A DNA stretch of 64,000 nt from Felis catus (GCF_018350175.1 NC_058368.1:163372001-163436000); one strand, 5' to 3'; shown: positions 1 through 14,200, counted from the stretch's first letter. Numbers and translations are program-made. Notes: a model not told the origin generated them from the letters alone.

Positions 1-240
1 AAAATCACATATGTGCACATACACATACACACATATATCGTCATATTGGTGTTGGTCAGGACTTGAACCTAATGATGTTGAAACTGTTGATGATATTTTT
101 GAGTATAGAAATTATACATCAAAAGCAGACTAACACCACAAGGAAGTTACTGCACCCCTGAAAAATAGGAGAATGTTCAGCTTAAGGGTGTGAGTATTTA
201 TCCTTACAGGGAATGTTTTACACGTCTGAGAAGGCTAGGA

Positions 241-458
241 CTTTTTTTTTCTTTTTTTAAATTTAAATTCAAGTTAGTTAACGTACTGTGTAGCCTTGGC
301 TTCAGGAGTAGAAAGAACCCAGTGATGCCTGTCTTACATACTACACCCAGTGCTCATTCCAAAAAGTGCCCTCCTTAATGTCTGCCCATTTAACCCATAC
401 CCCCACCCAGCGTTCCTCCAGTAGCCCTCAGTTTGTTCTCTGTATTTAAGGGTCTCTA
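241..458 (-). mobile_element. Carnivore L1 3' end fragment
   Basis: T-rich tail followed by typical carnivore L1 3'UTR text (aagtgccctccttaat..., ccctcagtttgttctctgtatttaag). Confidence 0.75.
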
Positions 459-1421
459 GAACTTTTCTTTAATAGAAACACCAATAGTGAAGGTAAAATA
501 TTTTAAAATTTATTGGAATGTTTTAAAGTATCAGAAGCCAGATGGGTGTGTCTTACACTGTGGTCTCTATTAGTGGGAAAAATTGAATGTGATTTTAGAG
601 TGAGTTCTGTGGAATTACATGAAATATTTGTTTGGGTTTGGGTCTTTGTTTGTTTTGGAAATTGCACAGAATGTGAAGCTGTTAAAAGCATCATTTAAAA
701 ACAGCTATCTTTATTAAATGCCATGTCAATCACAGTGTCAGACCTATGCTGGTGCTGGTATCCTAACCTTCCTGCCCAGAGGAGTTTAGTATATGCCAGC
801 AGGAGGGACAAGCACAAAACTGCATTTATAGACAAATCTAGAAATGTATACCAAGTACTGAGGCTGTGCAGGGGCAGAGCACGCAGGTTTGCTGGGAAAG
901 CAGGGGACAGCGAGAGGAAAAGGCTTCTTAGAAGGTGGAAACAGAGCAAGGATTTGCATGGTGGTCAGGAGCCCCCAGGTAGGCAGGGGCAGGAGGAAGA
1001 CATGTTCTAAACAAAGGTGAAAGCATGTGTATAGACACGGGGAAGTGAAAAGCCCATCCATGAGGAAATTTCTGTAATTTGGTGCTCCTGGAGTGTGAAA
1101 TGTAAAGACAGAAGTGGCAAGAAATGAGAACATTGATGAAAGGTGAGGGCCAGACCATACAAAGCCTTGTCAGGACTTTATTCTCACAAACAGAGTGCTT
1201 GTCAGCCAGACAGTAACCTAGGCTTCTGTCCTAGGCTTGACTGTGTGGAAAAGCCACTAGCCTTATGAAGAAAGCATTGAGGCTTTAGGAGGCCCAGGTA
1301 ACCCAGAACTGAGGCTCCGGAAAGCCAGAATGAGTTCTTTTTAAAATATAGACTCACTAATTTTTATAAATTAATATTCCATGGAAAACATAATGTAATA
1401 TAATTAGAGATGAATGTCCCA

Positions 1422-1541
1422 GGGAGCCTGGCTGATTCGGTCGAGAGAGCATGAAATTCTCGATGTTGGGGTTGTGAGTTCGAGCCCCATGATGAATGTG
1501 GAGATTGCTTAAAAATTAAAAAACAACAACAACAAAAAGAA
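1422..1541 (+). mobile_element. Short tRNA-derived CAN-SINE
   Basis: gggagcctggctgattcggtcg A-box region, gagttcgagcccc B-box, A-rich tail. Confidence 0.8.
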
Positions 1542-1559
1542 ACGAATATCCTGCATAAG

Positions 1560-1742
1560 CAGTAGCATTCAGGGGTTAGGTGTTTAGACTCTAAGACCAG
1601 ATGGCCTGGCAATGGCACTTGCTTGTTTTGTTACCCTCACAAACTTTCTAAGCCTTTCTGCCCCCTCATCTATAAAATGGGATCATAATGGTTTATAGAA
1701 AGGTACCTGGTAAGTGCTCAATAAATATTAGCTAGTATCATT
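1560..1742 (+). mobile_element. MIR relic
   Basis: ctcatctataaaatgggatcataat and taagtgctcaataaatattagcta MIR motifs. Confidence 0.65.
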
Positions 1743-3263
1743 ATAGTCCCTATAAAAGGCTTCAAAGTGACAATAAATTGCCCTAAATGCAACCTTTTGT
1801 CATAGTTGCCTATAATATAAAGGGTGTGTTGGTTACTTTTCAGGGGTGTTATAATGTCTTGTTGTATTTAGACACAGAACTAAGCTACTAGAAGTTTCCT
1901 GGTTATACTGTTTCCTGTTCTCCACAGCATTTGTTGTTATTCATAGTTCATTTATAAGAAGATAAACTACAAGACAGTCCCTGCCCTCAAGGGAATTAGA
2001 ATAATAGGAAATAGAGATTCCTCCTCTTTTTTCTTTCTTGACAAGTTTTTTTCAGTAATGTCTTGTTTCAAGAAGAAAATTATCCTAAGATTGCTGTAGA
2101 AATTTGGCACATCTTCTGGATGCTTTGGCCTAGGGGAATCTTAAGAAACTGGCCTCTCCTTTCCAGAGTTATCGGCATTAGCTTGCTAGTTTCCAGCAGT
2201 AACTCATTTCTCAAATTGGAAAACTTGCTCACTCACTAACTGAAGTTGGAACGGATATCCTTAAAATGGAGATAAGAACCTCTGCCCAAGTGCAGAAGTT
2301 CTGACTATCTTTGTGTGGCAGAATTTCCAAACTGTCTTACTTTCCAACTACTTACTGTCCCTTCAGCTCTTGTTGCTGATAGGAAAACTGTCAAGGATAC
2401 AGAGCCCTTCCCACACCCTTGCCCCAAACACACATACGTATCTAGGGCTTGCTTTTACCCCTTCATCACAGCTCTCAAAATCCACATACATTTTTGCATG
2501 TTCCTTGGAATATAGCTAAAAGATTCATTTTCCTTTAGAGGGATGTTTAATACTTGTACTCTAAATGAGATGATTGAAACCTGAGGTACCTGTTTTCAAC
2601 TCTCTTTTCTGTGAGCTCTCAGAAATTTAGTCTCCAAATTTCTGGGGTTATAAGTAAAATCAGATCATAAAATTCCAGTTAGAACCCTTAAAGAAGAAAT
2701 CATTTTTAATAGCCAAGTTTTTTAGAAAGCCAAGGTTTTAGCTCTGTAAGTATTATAATTATAAAATATTTTGGACAGAAATCTTTCCCAAATATATTAC
2801 ATGTCTTTTCAAGTTAAAATAGGTGGTAGATGTTAAATGTCTATAGTTGTGTCCAACACAGCTGTTAGTTTCCCTCCCTATCCCCATCCCTCTTTTCTTT
2901 GTAATTTTGGGATATCGTTCTAAACGTCAACGACTGCACAATGATTTCCCTTAAAATTGAATATATGGAGTTTTTCTGTGTTATTGGGCTTGTTGCCTCC
3001 TTCTGTCTGCTTTTCTGTATTTTCTGTGTGTTCCTCTTTGTCAAGCTACCACTTCAACTCATTTTAATTCCCACAGAGCACTGCGTGGAAGTAAAGATGA
3101 GTAGGCTCAAAAATCTGCCTTCATGTAGGTCACCGTCCAATGGCAAAAAATAAAAATAAAACAATAGCTATAATCACATGAGTCAGTACACAGTTCTCGC
3201 AGGTGGTGAGAGAGGGGACTGATAAGCAGGTAAGACCATACCCAGTTTAGAAAGAGATTGATA

Positions 3264-3465
3264 TTTTTAAAGAGTTTTTTAAATGTTCATTTATTTTGAG
3301 GGGAGGGGGGAGGGGCAGAGAGCGAGGAAGACACAGAATCCAAAGCAGGCTCCAGGCTCTGAGCTGTCAGCACAGAACCCGACGCGGGGCTCGAACTCAC
3401 AAATCGTGAGATCATGACCTGAGCCAAAGTCAGACGCTTAACCGACTGAGCCACCCAGGTGCCCC
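3264..3465 (-). mobile_element. CAN-SINE (feline SINEC)
   Basis: Ends ...gagccacccaggtgcccc; TSD agagattgat at 3253 and 3466. Confidence 0.93.
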
Positions 3466-4770
3466 AGAGATTGATTTCTTATAGACATTGTGCTCCCTTG
3501 TTCTAAATTGATGCATTAGATATGAAATCCAGGTGACTAAGTTTCATATAATTGTTTACAAATTTAGAATAAACAGACTCAGATTTAAAGCCTTTAAAAG
3601 GAACTTTCTGAACAAAATCATGAGAACACTAGTGCCTGAACTTGGTGACCTTCAGATTTGATTTCTACTTGGCTTCTTTGTCTTATTCCATCCTATGATC
3701 CGTTAGGTGTGGCTTCTGAGCAGCTTAGTTCAGGGGAGGTGGGTATTCTTGGACATAGGATGTGAGTTCACACATTCACACGTCACACTCATCCACATGC
3801 ACACCCTGGGGATCCCCGTCTCACCACCACTCCAGGAACAGTAGAACGAGCATGAAGGAATCAATGGCAGGCAGAAGGGAAAAGAGAGGGCTCTCGAGGA
3901 ATTCTAATTCCACTGTGACTTCTGCTGCATCTCTGCCTCTTACAAGACTACTGCCAGGAAGCTATCAGAAAAAGCTTTGAAATTGTGAGCACAGGAAAAA
4001 TCCCTTGCTAATGCATTTTTGAACAAGATGGAGTATAGATCAGTGGCAGGGCAGCGACACTTAAAATTATTTCATTCCAGTATAAAGCAGACTACTCTGA
4101 CTTCAGTGGAAGCATGAGAGTGCTCTTGACTCCCTGGTACCTGGGTCCTGGATAACAGCGGGGAAGGTCACACCCCACCACTTCCTCTGTTGTCTTCTCT
4201 AAATCTCTCTCAGAGGCTTCCTCCTGCGCTCTCTCCAGGAAGATACACCCATGCTTGACTTTACTTCTCTACAAAGTGAGGGATACTATAGGTGGGGTGT
4301 TTAAAGCCAAGTATTTTCCATTGGTTTGGATTACTTTCTATAGTTAACTAACCTCCTTTGAAATTGCAAATGTGGAGACTATTGTTCATGCTTCTCCTCA
4401 CCCCCAGCCCCTCCCCACCCCCCAGATGCCTGAAAGCCATGGGCCTTTACACTGACAGAGAGACCTAGATGGCACCTTTCTAGTCCTCAGCCTGGCCTTC
4501 CCTGAATAGGACTGTTAGTGCACGTAGTCCAGAAAGCCTAATCCCCTTCCAGAATATAGGAGGTTCGTTCTCACCATGGTCTTTTATTCCAGAGTGCACA
4601 TAATGTGCCCAAATTCTCAACACCAGCAACAGCACCCCTGCTTAAGCAAGCATACCTTCAGTAGATACAGAAATGTGGCTCCGGAAGGCTGCACTTTGCC
4701 CTTTTCTCTTTCAAGGCTGTGATACCCATGCCATTCAGCAAGTCTCCTTTCTTCCCTCCCCAGCTCCTAC

Positions 4771-5003
4771 TTTTTTTAAAGTTTATTTATTTGTTTATGG
4801 AGAGTAATAGAGCCCATGCACACGCACATATGTGCACCCTCGCAAGGAGAGGGCAGAAAGCAAGGGAGAGACAGAATCCAAGCAGGCTCCGTGCTGTCAG
4901 TGCAGAGCCTGATTCCGGACTCGATTTCACAAACTGTGAGATCATGAACTAAGCTGAGATCAAGAGTCAGATGCTTAACTGACTGAGCTACCCAGGCAAC
5001 CCC
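4771..5003 (-). mobile_element. CAN-SINE
   Basis: T-rich tail, reverse-complement tRNA-like head. Confidence 0.9.
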
Positions 5004-5549
5004 CAACTTCCACTTTTTATTTCTCTTTTATTACTTGATAAAAGTACAAACTTTTACTCAGGTGCTTTGGGCCATGTGGTTTGGAAGTAAGGACTGTAAG
5101 CCTGATAGAAAGGTGCTTAAGCTCATAATCCATGTATTACATTATGTCACCTTTGGGAGGCTGAGGCACCATCTCTCATCAAATATGCTGATATTCCTAT
5201 AGCAAGATATTCAAATAGTCACACTACAAGGCATAAATAAAGACGTAAATAGCATCGCATCCTTTCAGCCCAGATTTTGCTGCCAAACATTATTAAAAAA
5301 CTCTTTAGGCTTCCAGAGCTTTTCAGATTTCAGAATTGCAAAAAGTTCTATTAGAACAAAGAAACCTATTCCCTAATACTTGAGTTATCAGTTGAAATAC
5401 TAACAAGATTGGAGGACTCTGGATATATTTGAATATTTTCCCATTAAAATAATCTCACCCAAACTTTATTTTTCATCTTTTGGAAAATACAGAAAAATAT
5501 TAAAAAGAAAAGTAAAAACTCCCTCACAATACCTTACTCTTCAAAAAAC

Positions 5550-5670
5550 CTGTGATATGAGGTGAGGGTTGTACATCTCTATGAATATACTAAAAACTGT
5601 TGAATTATACACTATAAAGGGGTGAATTGTGTGGCATATGAATTATATCTCAATAAAGCTATCGAAGAAA
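5550..5670 (+). mobile_element. Old L1M 3' terminal fragment
   Basis: gaatatactaaaaactgttgaattatacac...gaattatatctcaataaagct. Confidence 0.7.
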
Positions 5671-5899
5671 AGGTATATAGATGGCAAAGAAAAAATCTAT
5701 AATACCCTCTTCACTTGTACCTCCCTTTCTCGCTGGACACCCACCTTCAGGTAAGTATCATTTAGATCTGCCTACTTTCATATGCTTATCCTAACTAACA
5801 TTTGTATACACACAAAAACCACAGATATGTATATATGCACTTTTTCTCTTTTGGACAAAAATCAGACCACTTTTCACAGTTCTGCATCTGCTGTTGTTT

Positions 5900-6295
5900 T
5901 TAATTTAACAATGTACCCTGGGCATATTTCTGAAGCAGCCCATGTAAAACTCTTCCATTATTTATAATGGCTGCCTAGTATTCTGTTGTGCAGATATACT
6001 ATAATTTATACATCCTTCTCTCTATTAAAGACATTTAAGTTCTGAGTTTTTTGCTATCACAAGCAATGCTGCAGTGAACTTTAATGTAAGCAGTGTTTTA
6101 GGTAACGATGTATTGTTTCTGCAGGGTAGATTTCTAGAAATGGGATTTTTGGGTCGTGGAGTGTTTAAACCTTAACAAATTCCACCAAATTGCCTGACAA
6201 AACAGTTTTTCCAATTTACAATCCAAGTGAATGAGTGAGCCCCATATCCTTCCCTCCCCTAGATGTTTTCACACTTGAAAAATTTTGCCCATTGT
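5900..6295 (-). mobile_element. Old L1M(E)-like fragment
   Basis: ttttttgctatcacaagcaatgctgcagtgaac...tagatttctagaaatgggatt L1ME-like text; boundaries approximate. Confidence 0.65.
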
Positions 6296-6394
6296 TTACT
6301 TAAACAAAGGAACTCCTCTTACTGTTTCATTAAAAGGATTGGAATTAGCTGGAAGGTCTTAATAGAATTACCTCTAAAGTACATAGTCTAGTTA

Positions 6395-7390
6395 AGGATT
6401 TCTCAAAATCTGATCTGAGGACCACCTGCACCAGAATCTCCTTGGGGTGCTTTTTAAAATGAAAATTCTTGTTCCATCCGGACCTACTGAATCAGATGCA
6501 TAAAAGGTAGAGGTGAGGCACAGGTGTATTGGAGCTGCCTCATAATGACTCCAAGACCCAATTGTTAATTTTCACATGTTTTTTGAGCCGTTTGCTAATT
6601 ATAACCATCATTAAAAATGAAGGCAATAGATCCTCAAAAATCATCATCTCCTAATTATTCACCGCATTTTACTATTACTGCTCTTGGGGATATTTAAGTT
6701 ATTATTTCTATTGTATCTGTATGGTGGAAATAAAATAAAGTGGCGTGTTAGCTGCTCATCTCTTCCCAACCTAGTGTTCACTGACGTCACATTGATAACT
6801 TGAAATCAACCATTACATTATGGTAATTGACAAATGCTGTAGATCTGTGCTTGAGAAATTATTTTATTGGATCATATTTTTTAAAAATGATGGAAAAGAT
6901 GTCAGTAATGCAGATTATTGTGAATAGTCAAAAAATTTGAGGAAATATTCCTCCAGTATTCAAAAACTATTAGCCGGTACAGGGAAGATTTTGCTCACAT
7001 CATTGACAAGCAAATGCAGTTCTTACATATATCTTTGTTGTTTCAGTAACCAAGAATATCAACAAACATTCTTTTCTGAATTACTCCTCAGTTACAACTA
7101 TATATCGGCTATGGAAAAGTTCAGCAAAAATTAAGGAAATAATTCTGTGAAATTCAACTGGTGATATGGAATTTACAGTAAAGAATATTATATATTTTAT
7201 TATTATTTATGAATTAGGTGCTGCATATCTTTTATATTAACAAAAACTATAATATATTTATATGTACACACAAGCATATTTTTCCCAAGAGACAACAATA
7301 TGTTACCGGCACACCAGGGAGCCCAGAATTTTGAAATTTTAATGAGCTGCCCAGTTGATTTTGAGGCAAACTAAAATTTAAAAACTGAGG
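6395..7390. mobile_element. MER5-like hAT MITE, split by a nested element (pieces about 6395-6520 and 7319-7390)
   Basis: Left piece ...gacctactgaatcaga...; right piece gcccagaattttg...ttttaatgagctgcccagttgattttga continues the MER5 text. Confidence 0.6.
6521..7318. mobile_element. MER63-like hAT (Blackjack group) DNA transposon relic
   Basis: Termini caggtgtattggagc... and ...ttaccggcacaccagg; internal text resembles MER63 (recalled); contains TGACGTCA at 6782-6789. Confidence 0.6.
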
Positions 7391-7849
7391 CTCAGATTTT
7401 TCTAGTAAGAATTGAGTTCCTTCTACATCCCCCCCCCCCCCCCATGCTACAGGTGTGTCAGGGCATTCTCTGGGGACTTGGGACATGAGCAGAATAATTT
7501 GCATTTACCAAAATAAGTATAATTAAATCTCAATTCTCTTAAGAAAGGGGAAGCTTTGAAAGAGGAAAATGCATTTAATTACTGCCTGGTTATTCTAGCA
7601 CTTTCTTGATTTCACTTAGAAATTTAAAAGAGAGTTTGTTTTTATTCTTAACGTTTTCACAAAATTTGGTGTAAGTCAAAAAAAGTGGTGTAAGTAGAAG
7701 CCACTTAGAGTGAATAGATGACTGCCTTGGACATGTCCCTCCCTGTATATAGGTGTGCAAATGTTCCTTCTTTACATTTAATCTAGATGAACCTTTTTGA
7801 AGGGCAGCAAAAATAAGTTATATCCTCCCCCCAGTTTTTACACTTTTAC

Positions 7850-7903
7850 TTTTTTTAATGTTTATTTTTATTTATTTTGAGAGAGAGAACAGGCAGGGGA
7901 GGA

Positions 7904-7937
<34 letters not shown>

Positions 7938-8059
7938 TCTCAAGCAGGCTCCATGCTGTCAGCGCAGAGCCCGATGCAGGGCGCAATCTCACGAATCATG
8001 GGACCATGACCTGAGCTGAATCAAGAGTCAGATGCTTAACTGAGCCACCCGGGCATCCC
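7850..8059 (-). mobile_element. CAN-SINE with (GA)n
   Basis: Reverse-complement SINEC head and tail; degenerate TSD ttacac/ttacat-tttta. Confidence 0.9.
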
Positions 8060-11000
8060 TTACATTTTTATTTTTAAGTGGAGCTTATGGAGTGACAAGG
8101 ACTAGAAAGTAAGAGAAAAGCAGAGACCATGAGACCAATTCTGAAAGAGAAATGACTGGCAAGCACTTGATAACATTCCACCTGCACAAAATTTCCATAG
8201 CTTCTTAGGCCTTTTCAGATAAGAGATGGAAATGTGGTTAAGAATTGTTAAAAAGAAAACCATAACTTTTCTTTTCTTCTGTCATAAAAAAGGAGTGAAA
8301 CCCATAGACCTTTATGAGTTGTGTACTAACTTGTTTTTAAAGCACTGGTTTTTAACACCAGAGACTGAGTGTTCAGGGTGACACAGCATGAACAATGTCC
8401 CTCTAGGGATCATCTAGCTCAACCCCTCCATTTTACAGAAAGGGGGTCGATGCTGAAAAAGGTTAAGTGATTTGCCTAAGGTGATATAGCTACTAGTCCA
8501 ATGCTATTAAAAACCAAAACAATTTGATTTGTGTTGGATTTCTAGTTTGTATATGAGCCAAAGTTCATGTCTTGACTGTATAAAACAAATAATGGAGTCA
8601 GTGTTTCTAAGAGTCCTTTGAACTGCTAGGAACCAGGAGGAATGAGCTTTTTGAATGAATATGGAGTCGTTTACCTCATCTCATTTCTGCCTTTCATCCT
8701 GATGTATGAAGTAATCCACTTCCCTTATCCAGCAGGGATATTTCTAAATCAGGTTGCTTGATAGTACCACTGATTTCAGAGGAACTGTAATCGGATGTTC
8801 TTCATGTTCTTGTCTACCCTTCATTATACACAAGCAGCTTGATATGAGTCATGGGAATGATTTTAGGACTATTCAGTACCTCTCAAACGGTCCAAAAGAA
8901 GCCTATTCTCCTGCAATATTTTTTTTTTTTTGCTCTTGCCAATCTCTTCACATAAATGTGAGCTTTCTGATTCCCTAGCATTTTCACTTTGTTAATCATC
9001 CTCAGTATGGAAGACTAATGATCCTTATTCATCTCATTCATTCCATGGGACACCTGTTTATTTTAATACCTAAATATGGTCATTAAGAATCAGAAATTGC
9101 ATTTTCATTCATTTGGTTGTAAGAAGACATATTAAACACTGCAGTATTATTTCTTTGTTAAAGAATATATTCAGAATATTTTTATCCCTTAAAATGTGTT
9201 TTTTAAAGCAATTTAACATTGAACAATGTAATATTTAGCTTAAGTGTGTCTTTTTTTAGGAAGAAAACTTCCCCTAATACCATTTACTTTTTCATATTTT
9301 GAATTTATTTTCTGTTTTTGAAGAAAAGCTTATATTTTACCTTCATTTACCTCTTTGCAACCCATGCCTTTATAATCACTCATACTTATTAACTCCTCTC
9401 TTGAAGTTGGTCAGGGCTACATAGTCCCAACTAATTAATTCTATTTAAATTAATAGCAGATAACATTTCATTTTTTAACCAAAAGAAATTAAGAGGAGAA
9501 ATAAAGTTACTTGCCCATTGGCTCACATAAAAATAGGGAGATGCAATTATGTTTCAGTGAAATCTAGTTCAGGGCACTGACACTCTCCAGGGCATCATCC
9601 TTGGATGTTACCCATTTTGCACATACTCCAGCTAGTTTCCTACCCTTAACCCTTTCTCTCATTGCTCCCCATCATTGCCTTAGCATGTTTATGTTTGTTT
9701 CCTATGTTCTAGGAATTCTGGCAAAAGAGGAATTTTTAGAGAGATATGCTAGGATTTGCACATTCCATTTCCCATTTACTATTAATACCCTTTTATGGTA
9801 GTTGACTGTCTTACTTGTAAAATGGAAAAGATACCCTCAATAAATATGTGACAAAGCATTTGATGAAAATGATCCAATTATAATATTTAGTGATATTTAC
9901 AAAATATTGTTAGAAAAATAGAATCTACCCTTCCCTAGACCTGGAGGAAACCCCACTAACCTCCCTGTTTCTGCCAATGGAAAACATTTCTCTCTTCTTC
10001 ATTCAATTTGAAAACCCTTCATCCTGCTCTGCATTTCTTCCCATTACAAATTAATTCTTATTTTCTCTATCTTTGAAAACTTTCAAGAATTTTTCTTCTT
10101 GCAGCAATATTTCTCCTCTTCACACTTGTCTATCCCCATCTTTTTTCGCAAGTGTTTCTTATTCTTGTTTCCCCAACTTAAGTGTAATAAATAACTGAAA
10201 GAAGGATAAAATCTGGTCAGTAACCACAGTCCCTTCTGCACTAACCCTTTATGTTTATGGTATAAAGACTTGCTTAAGGACTAAGGGAATTTTGAGAGAT
10301 AATTCAGGTCACCAAGGGGTTTCAGTATTTTTTCGTTAATGTAGAAGTGATACTTAGCACTTACATACCTTATGTAAGTATAGTTATAGTATAAGTATAC
10401 TATATGTAAGTATAGTATAAGTATACTTAGCACTTATACCTCTCAACTCTGAAGTGTTTTATAAATGTTACTTTATTCACATTACAGCATAAACATATTT
10501 ATTGAATTACTGAAAACTAATGCTAAATCAAATATAGGAGCTATAATGTTCAAAGTGTATTCCCTAATTAATACCAAGGACTACATGCATGCGTAATTAT
10601 ATGTAAATTAGATTTTTTAGATTATTTTTTTTCACTGAAGAACCAAGCACAATACACAATAGTATTTTAAGTTGAGGAAGATAATTGGGTGGAAAATGTA
10701 GCCACTGATTTTAGATTGAGCTTCAGAAGGCATATATTGCAGTTAAATTACTGCATTTGCAGAATATGAAGTTCCTGTTGTCAAAACAAAGTAGGATAGT
10801 GTTGCCATAGCATACCCTCTTTTGGTTTATCATTCGTGAGCATTTAGAGGTTTAAATTAAATAAAAGGTGGAGAGCATCTTGCACAAAGGAGTTAAGAAT
10901 TCCAAAGGAGGTGAAAGGTTAACCTTTTACATACATAAAAAAAAAACTTCGAAAATGATTTTAAAAATCATGATAGAGCATTTTATATGAGAAACATTTT

Positions 11001-11060
11001 TAGCTTTATATTTCAAATTGAATTTAAAACAGTATCTTTGACTAAAACTTTGAAAGTCCT

Positions 11061-11265
11061 GGAGTATATGGGTGCTATATTCAGTTAAGTGTCAGACTCT
11101 TAATCTTGGCTCAGGTCATGATTTCACTGTTCATGAGCTGGGGCCCCACATCAGGCTCTGCACTGATAGTGCAGAGCCTCCTTAGGAATCTGTCTCTCCA
11201 TCTGTCTGTCCCTCCCTGTTTGTGTGTTCTCTTTCAAAATAAATAAGTAAACTGAAAAAAATAAT
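11061..11265 (+). mobile_element. Older CAN-SINE
   Basis: ggctcaggtcatgat..., aaaataaataa tail. Confidence 0.85.
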
Positions 11266-14200
11266 TGAAAAACTTTTCAAGTCCCTTTTCATTCCATTAT
11301 TTATTTAATACTTTTTCTGTGGTTCCTAGACTTTTGCATGGACATTCAGCCCTCAGTGGGGAGAACAAACAAAAGTTGGGAAGAATGCAGAAGAAAATTT
11401 AGATTATCATTTTTAAAATGAATATATACTAAAAACAGAGATACAGAAGTAAGGAAGTTGATAGGGCTTTCACTGACAGAAAGGGAAAAAATATTTCATA
11501 GTAACCAGGTATGATATCTAAAATAGTCTAGTTTAACTAGCAGCTAGTTAAGCATGCTGGGTTTTACCTAAAAGACAACTCCAGAAAGACTAATAAATGT
11601 TTACATATGGCATATCCATGACATAAAGATTTAAAACTTAATGCCTTAGGAATGGGACACAAATGGAGGGTTTTCCCTCTTGATATGCATGCTGATTACA
11701 AGGGTATGTTAGCATTTTTAAATTCCTGAAGCTTTAAGTACCTTTTGATTTGTGCACTTTTCTGTATATTATGTAGTTCAACAAAAAGTTCAAAAATCAA
11801 TCAACAATTAAAAACTCAGTGCCATTTTTAAAAAATATTTACCTAGGATTGGTGGATTTTGTCTTTTACTTCCTTAGAATTATGATTCTGGGGCAGTTTG
11901 ATAATTCTGAGAGAAGAAATCACATAAATCCTAAGCTTTGCTGTAGATACTTTTTTTTCTTGCATTCATAAAAGATGGAAACAGGAAGGTGCTTTGACAT
12001 TAGTCATGCCTTAACATCCTCCACCAACAGAGTGATTATAAAAGCACGTTGGTGAGCCTGCCTGCCTGCCTTCCATTTGATCTCTTTTGGGAACGGCACA
12101 GGCCATCATTTGTGCAAGTCGTCTTCTTGCAAGATGGATAAATGCATTTTCTCTTCCTTGCCACAGGACAGATGGAAGCTAGTAATTTCTAGTCCCATAG
12201 CAGAGAATACAAAATCAAAAGAGGCTAACTCGCTGCAGTGACAGCTTCAAAAGGAATCCCTTTTTGAAGATTTTTTTTTTTTTTGTAGTGCTGGTTTATT
12301 TAGCACCGAAGCTTGTCTGTTAAGCCAGCTTTCAACGGCCTCCAGGTTGTGTCTGTATTAGCAGTGCCCCTATTGCAGTTATATTTGCTAAACAGATACA
12401 CATTTGCCATGACAGCTCAAGGTATTCATGCTTTTTGAGTGAAGATTATTTTATATCAATGGATCTATTACTGGAGAGTACTGATATTCTGAGATTATGA
12501 TTTCAGGGATCCACAGATTCTCTAGGAGCAACTTGGTGCTTCAAATTTTGTCTTGAAGAAACTCTTAAGAAAAAAAAACTTCCAGGTATACATTTTTTGG
12601 TAAATTTGGAGGATCATTTTTTACTGAGTACTGTCCAGTGACTTTGAGACCTGTACTTATGATACAGGTGGTACCACAAAAACAATAAAGGAACTGTGTA
12701 TTAGCTTCATTAAAACCAGAGTGAACACAGGAAAAGACCCCAATTTGCTGTTCCCTCTGCCTCCTGTGCTGTGTCCATCTCATCAGCTACAGCTTTTCCA
12801 ACTTACAGAAAGAACCTTTTTTTTTTATATAACCACACAGTCCAACTGTATAGAAATATCTTTATTTTTTTAACAACATAGTCCAGCTGATAAAACTGAC
12901 AGCAAGCTGTTCCAATGCGAAGGCGACTGGCTGTGTTTAATCTATTAAGAGACCACACCATCTACACTCCTAAGGGATTTTCCAAGTAATTTTGCCTACA
13001 TGAAAATTTCCCTGACTTTAGAAATGAATCCCCAAGTAGTCTCCCATTCTTGGTCACCTTGGGAGCCATGATGTAATCTCAGAAAAACATCTGTCTCATT
13101 AAGTTAATATTGTTCATTTAGAACAAAGAACCATAAGGTGAAGATCAAGCCAGTTTAATAAGCAAATAGTTATCATGCTATCTGTACAAACATTATTGCA
13201 GAATTATTGGTGTATACTAGTGATATCCTTCATTCATTTTTGTTTGTTCAAGACAGGGAAAAAGTTGGGAAGGTAGCCTTTAACTTTTGTTCAGAGCACT
13301 CTGAGAGAGTAGAAAGGTATGATACAGTTTACTATTTGCTTACAAATTTTGTGAAATATGTTTTTTATCATTAAAGATGTTACTTCTTTGTTTTTCATAA
13401 GACTTGGCAACGGTTTCAGGCATGCTTTGTCAGTACTTCCATAAGGAAAGGATCCATTATCCAAAACTGTGGTTGGAATGGTAGATAATGGGTATGCTTA
13501 TCCTTTACCACCTTAGGAGAGTGCAGTGAATTGAAATCCACTCTACAACTGTCTTTCTGAGGATTTTTCCATTTAGTGGGATGTAGTTTATAACAATATT
13601 CCCCCAGGATTGATGGTTAACCTATTTTTTTTTATTAAAGCAGGAAACAACCAGGACAAGATGAGCTCATGAAATGTAGAAGGCTATCTCTAGAGGGAAA
13701 GATTAGGAGACACCAAGAGTCTTCTAAGGACTTACAATGTAATAGGTTATTATCATGCATTATTCCACAGTTACTTTGCTACTTAACTATGTATCCAAGC
13801 AGGAACTACAAGCTATTATTAGAAAGCCAAGCTAAATAGTTTGGAATGGATAACCTCATATCCCATGCATTCACCTGCCATTAAGAGAAATGAACTTCCT
13901 GCTTAAGTGGATGGCCTTAAGTACCACTGGTTACTTATCCATTCTTGCTTAATTCCTTTATCTTAGTTTCAGGATATTTCATAAATAAAATGCCTTGGAA
14001 GTGTTTAAGAAATAGAACTTTTTTTAAAGTAAGTAATGTTTACTAACTAGTAACATTGGAGAATTAGTTTTGATACCCAGGTATGACCCAGTTAGCGAAA
14101 TTACTTTGGCCAAAGCTCCTAATCCCTGCAGCCTCTTTTTCTCTATAAAGTGCCAGAGTTGAACTCCATCATCTCCAGAGTCCCTTCCAATTCTGAAATT

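Noticed and set aside
1422..1500. tRNA-like A/B boxes
   Set aside because: Belong to a tRNA-derived SINE with an A-rich tail; no intact cloverleaf
7429..7443. C15 homopolymer (G-quadruplex potential on minus strand)
   Set aside because: Isolated mononucleotide run with no supporting context
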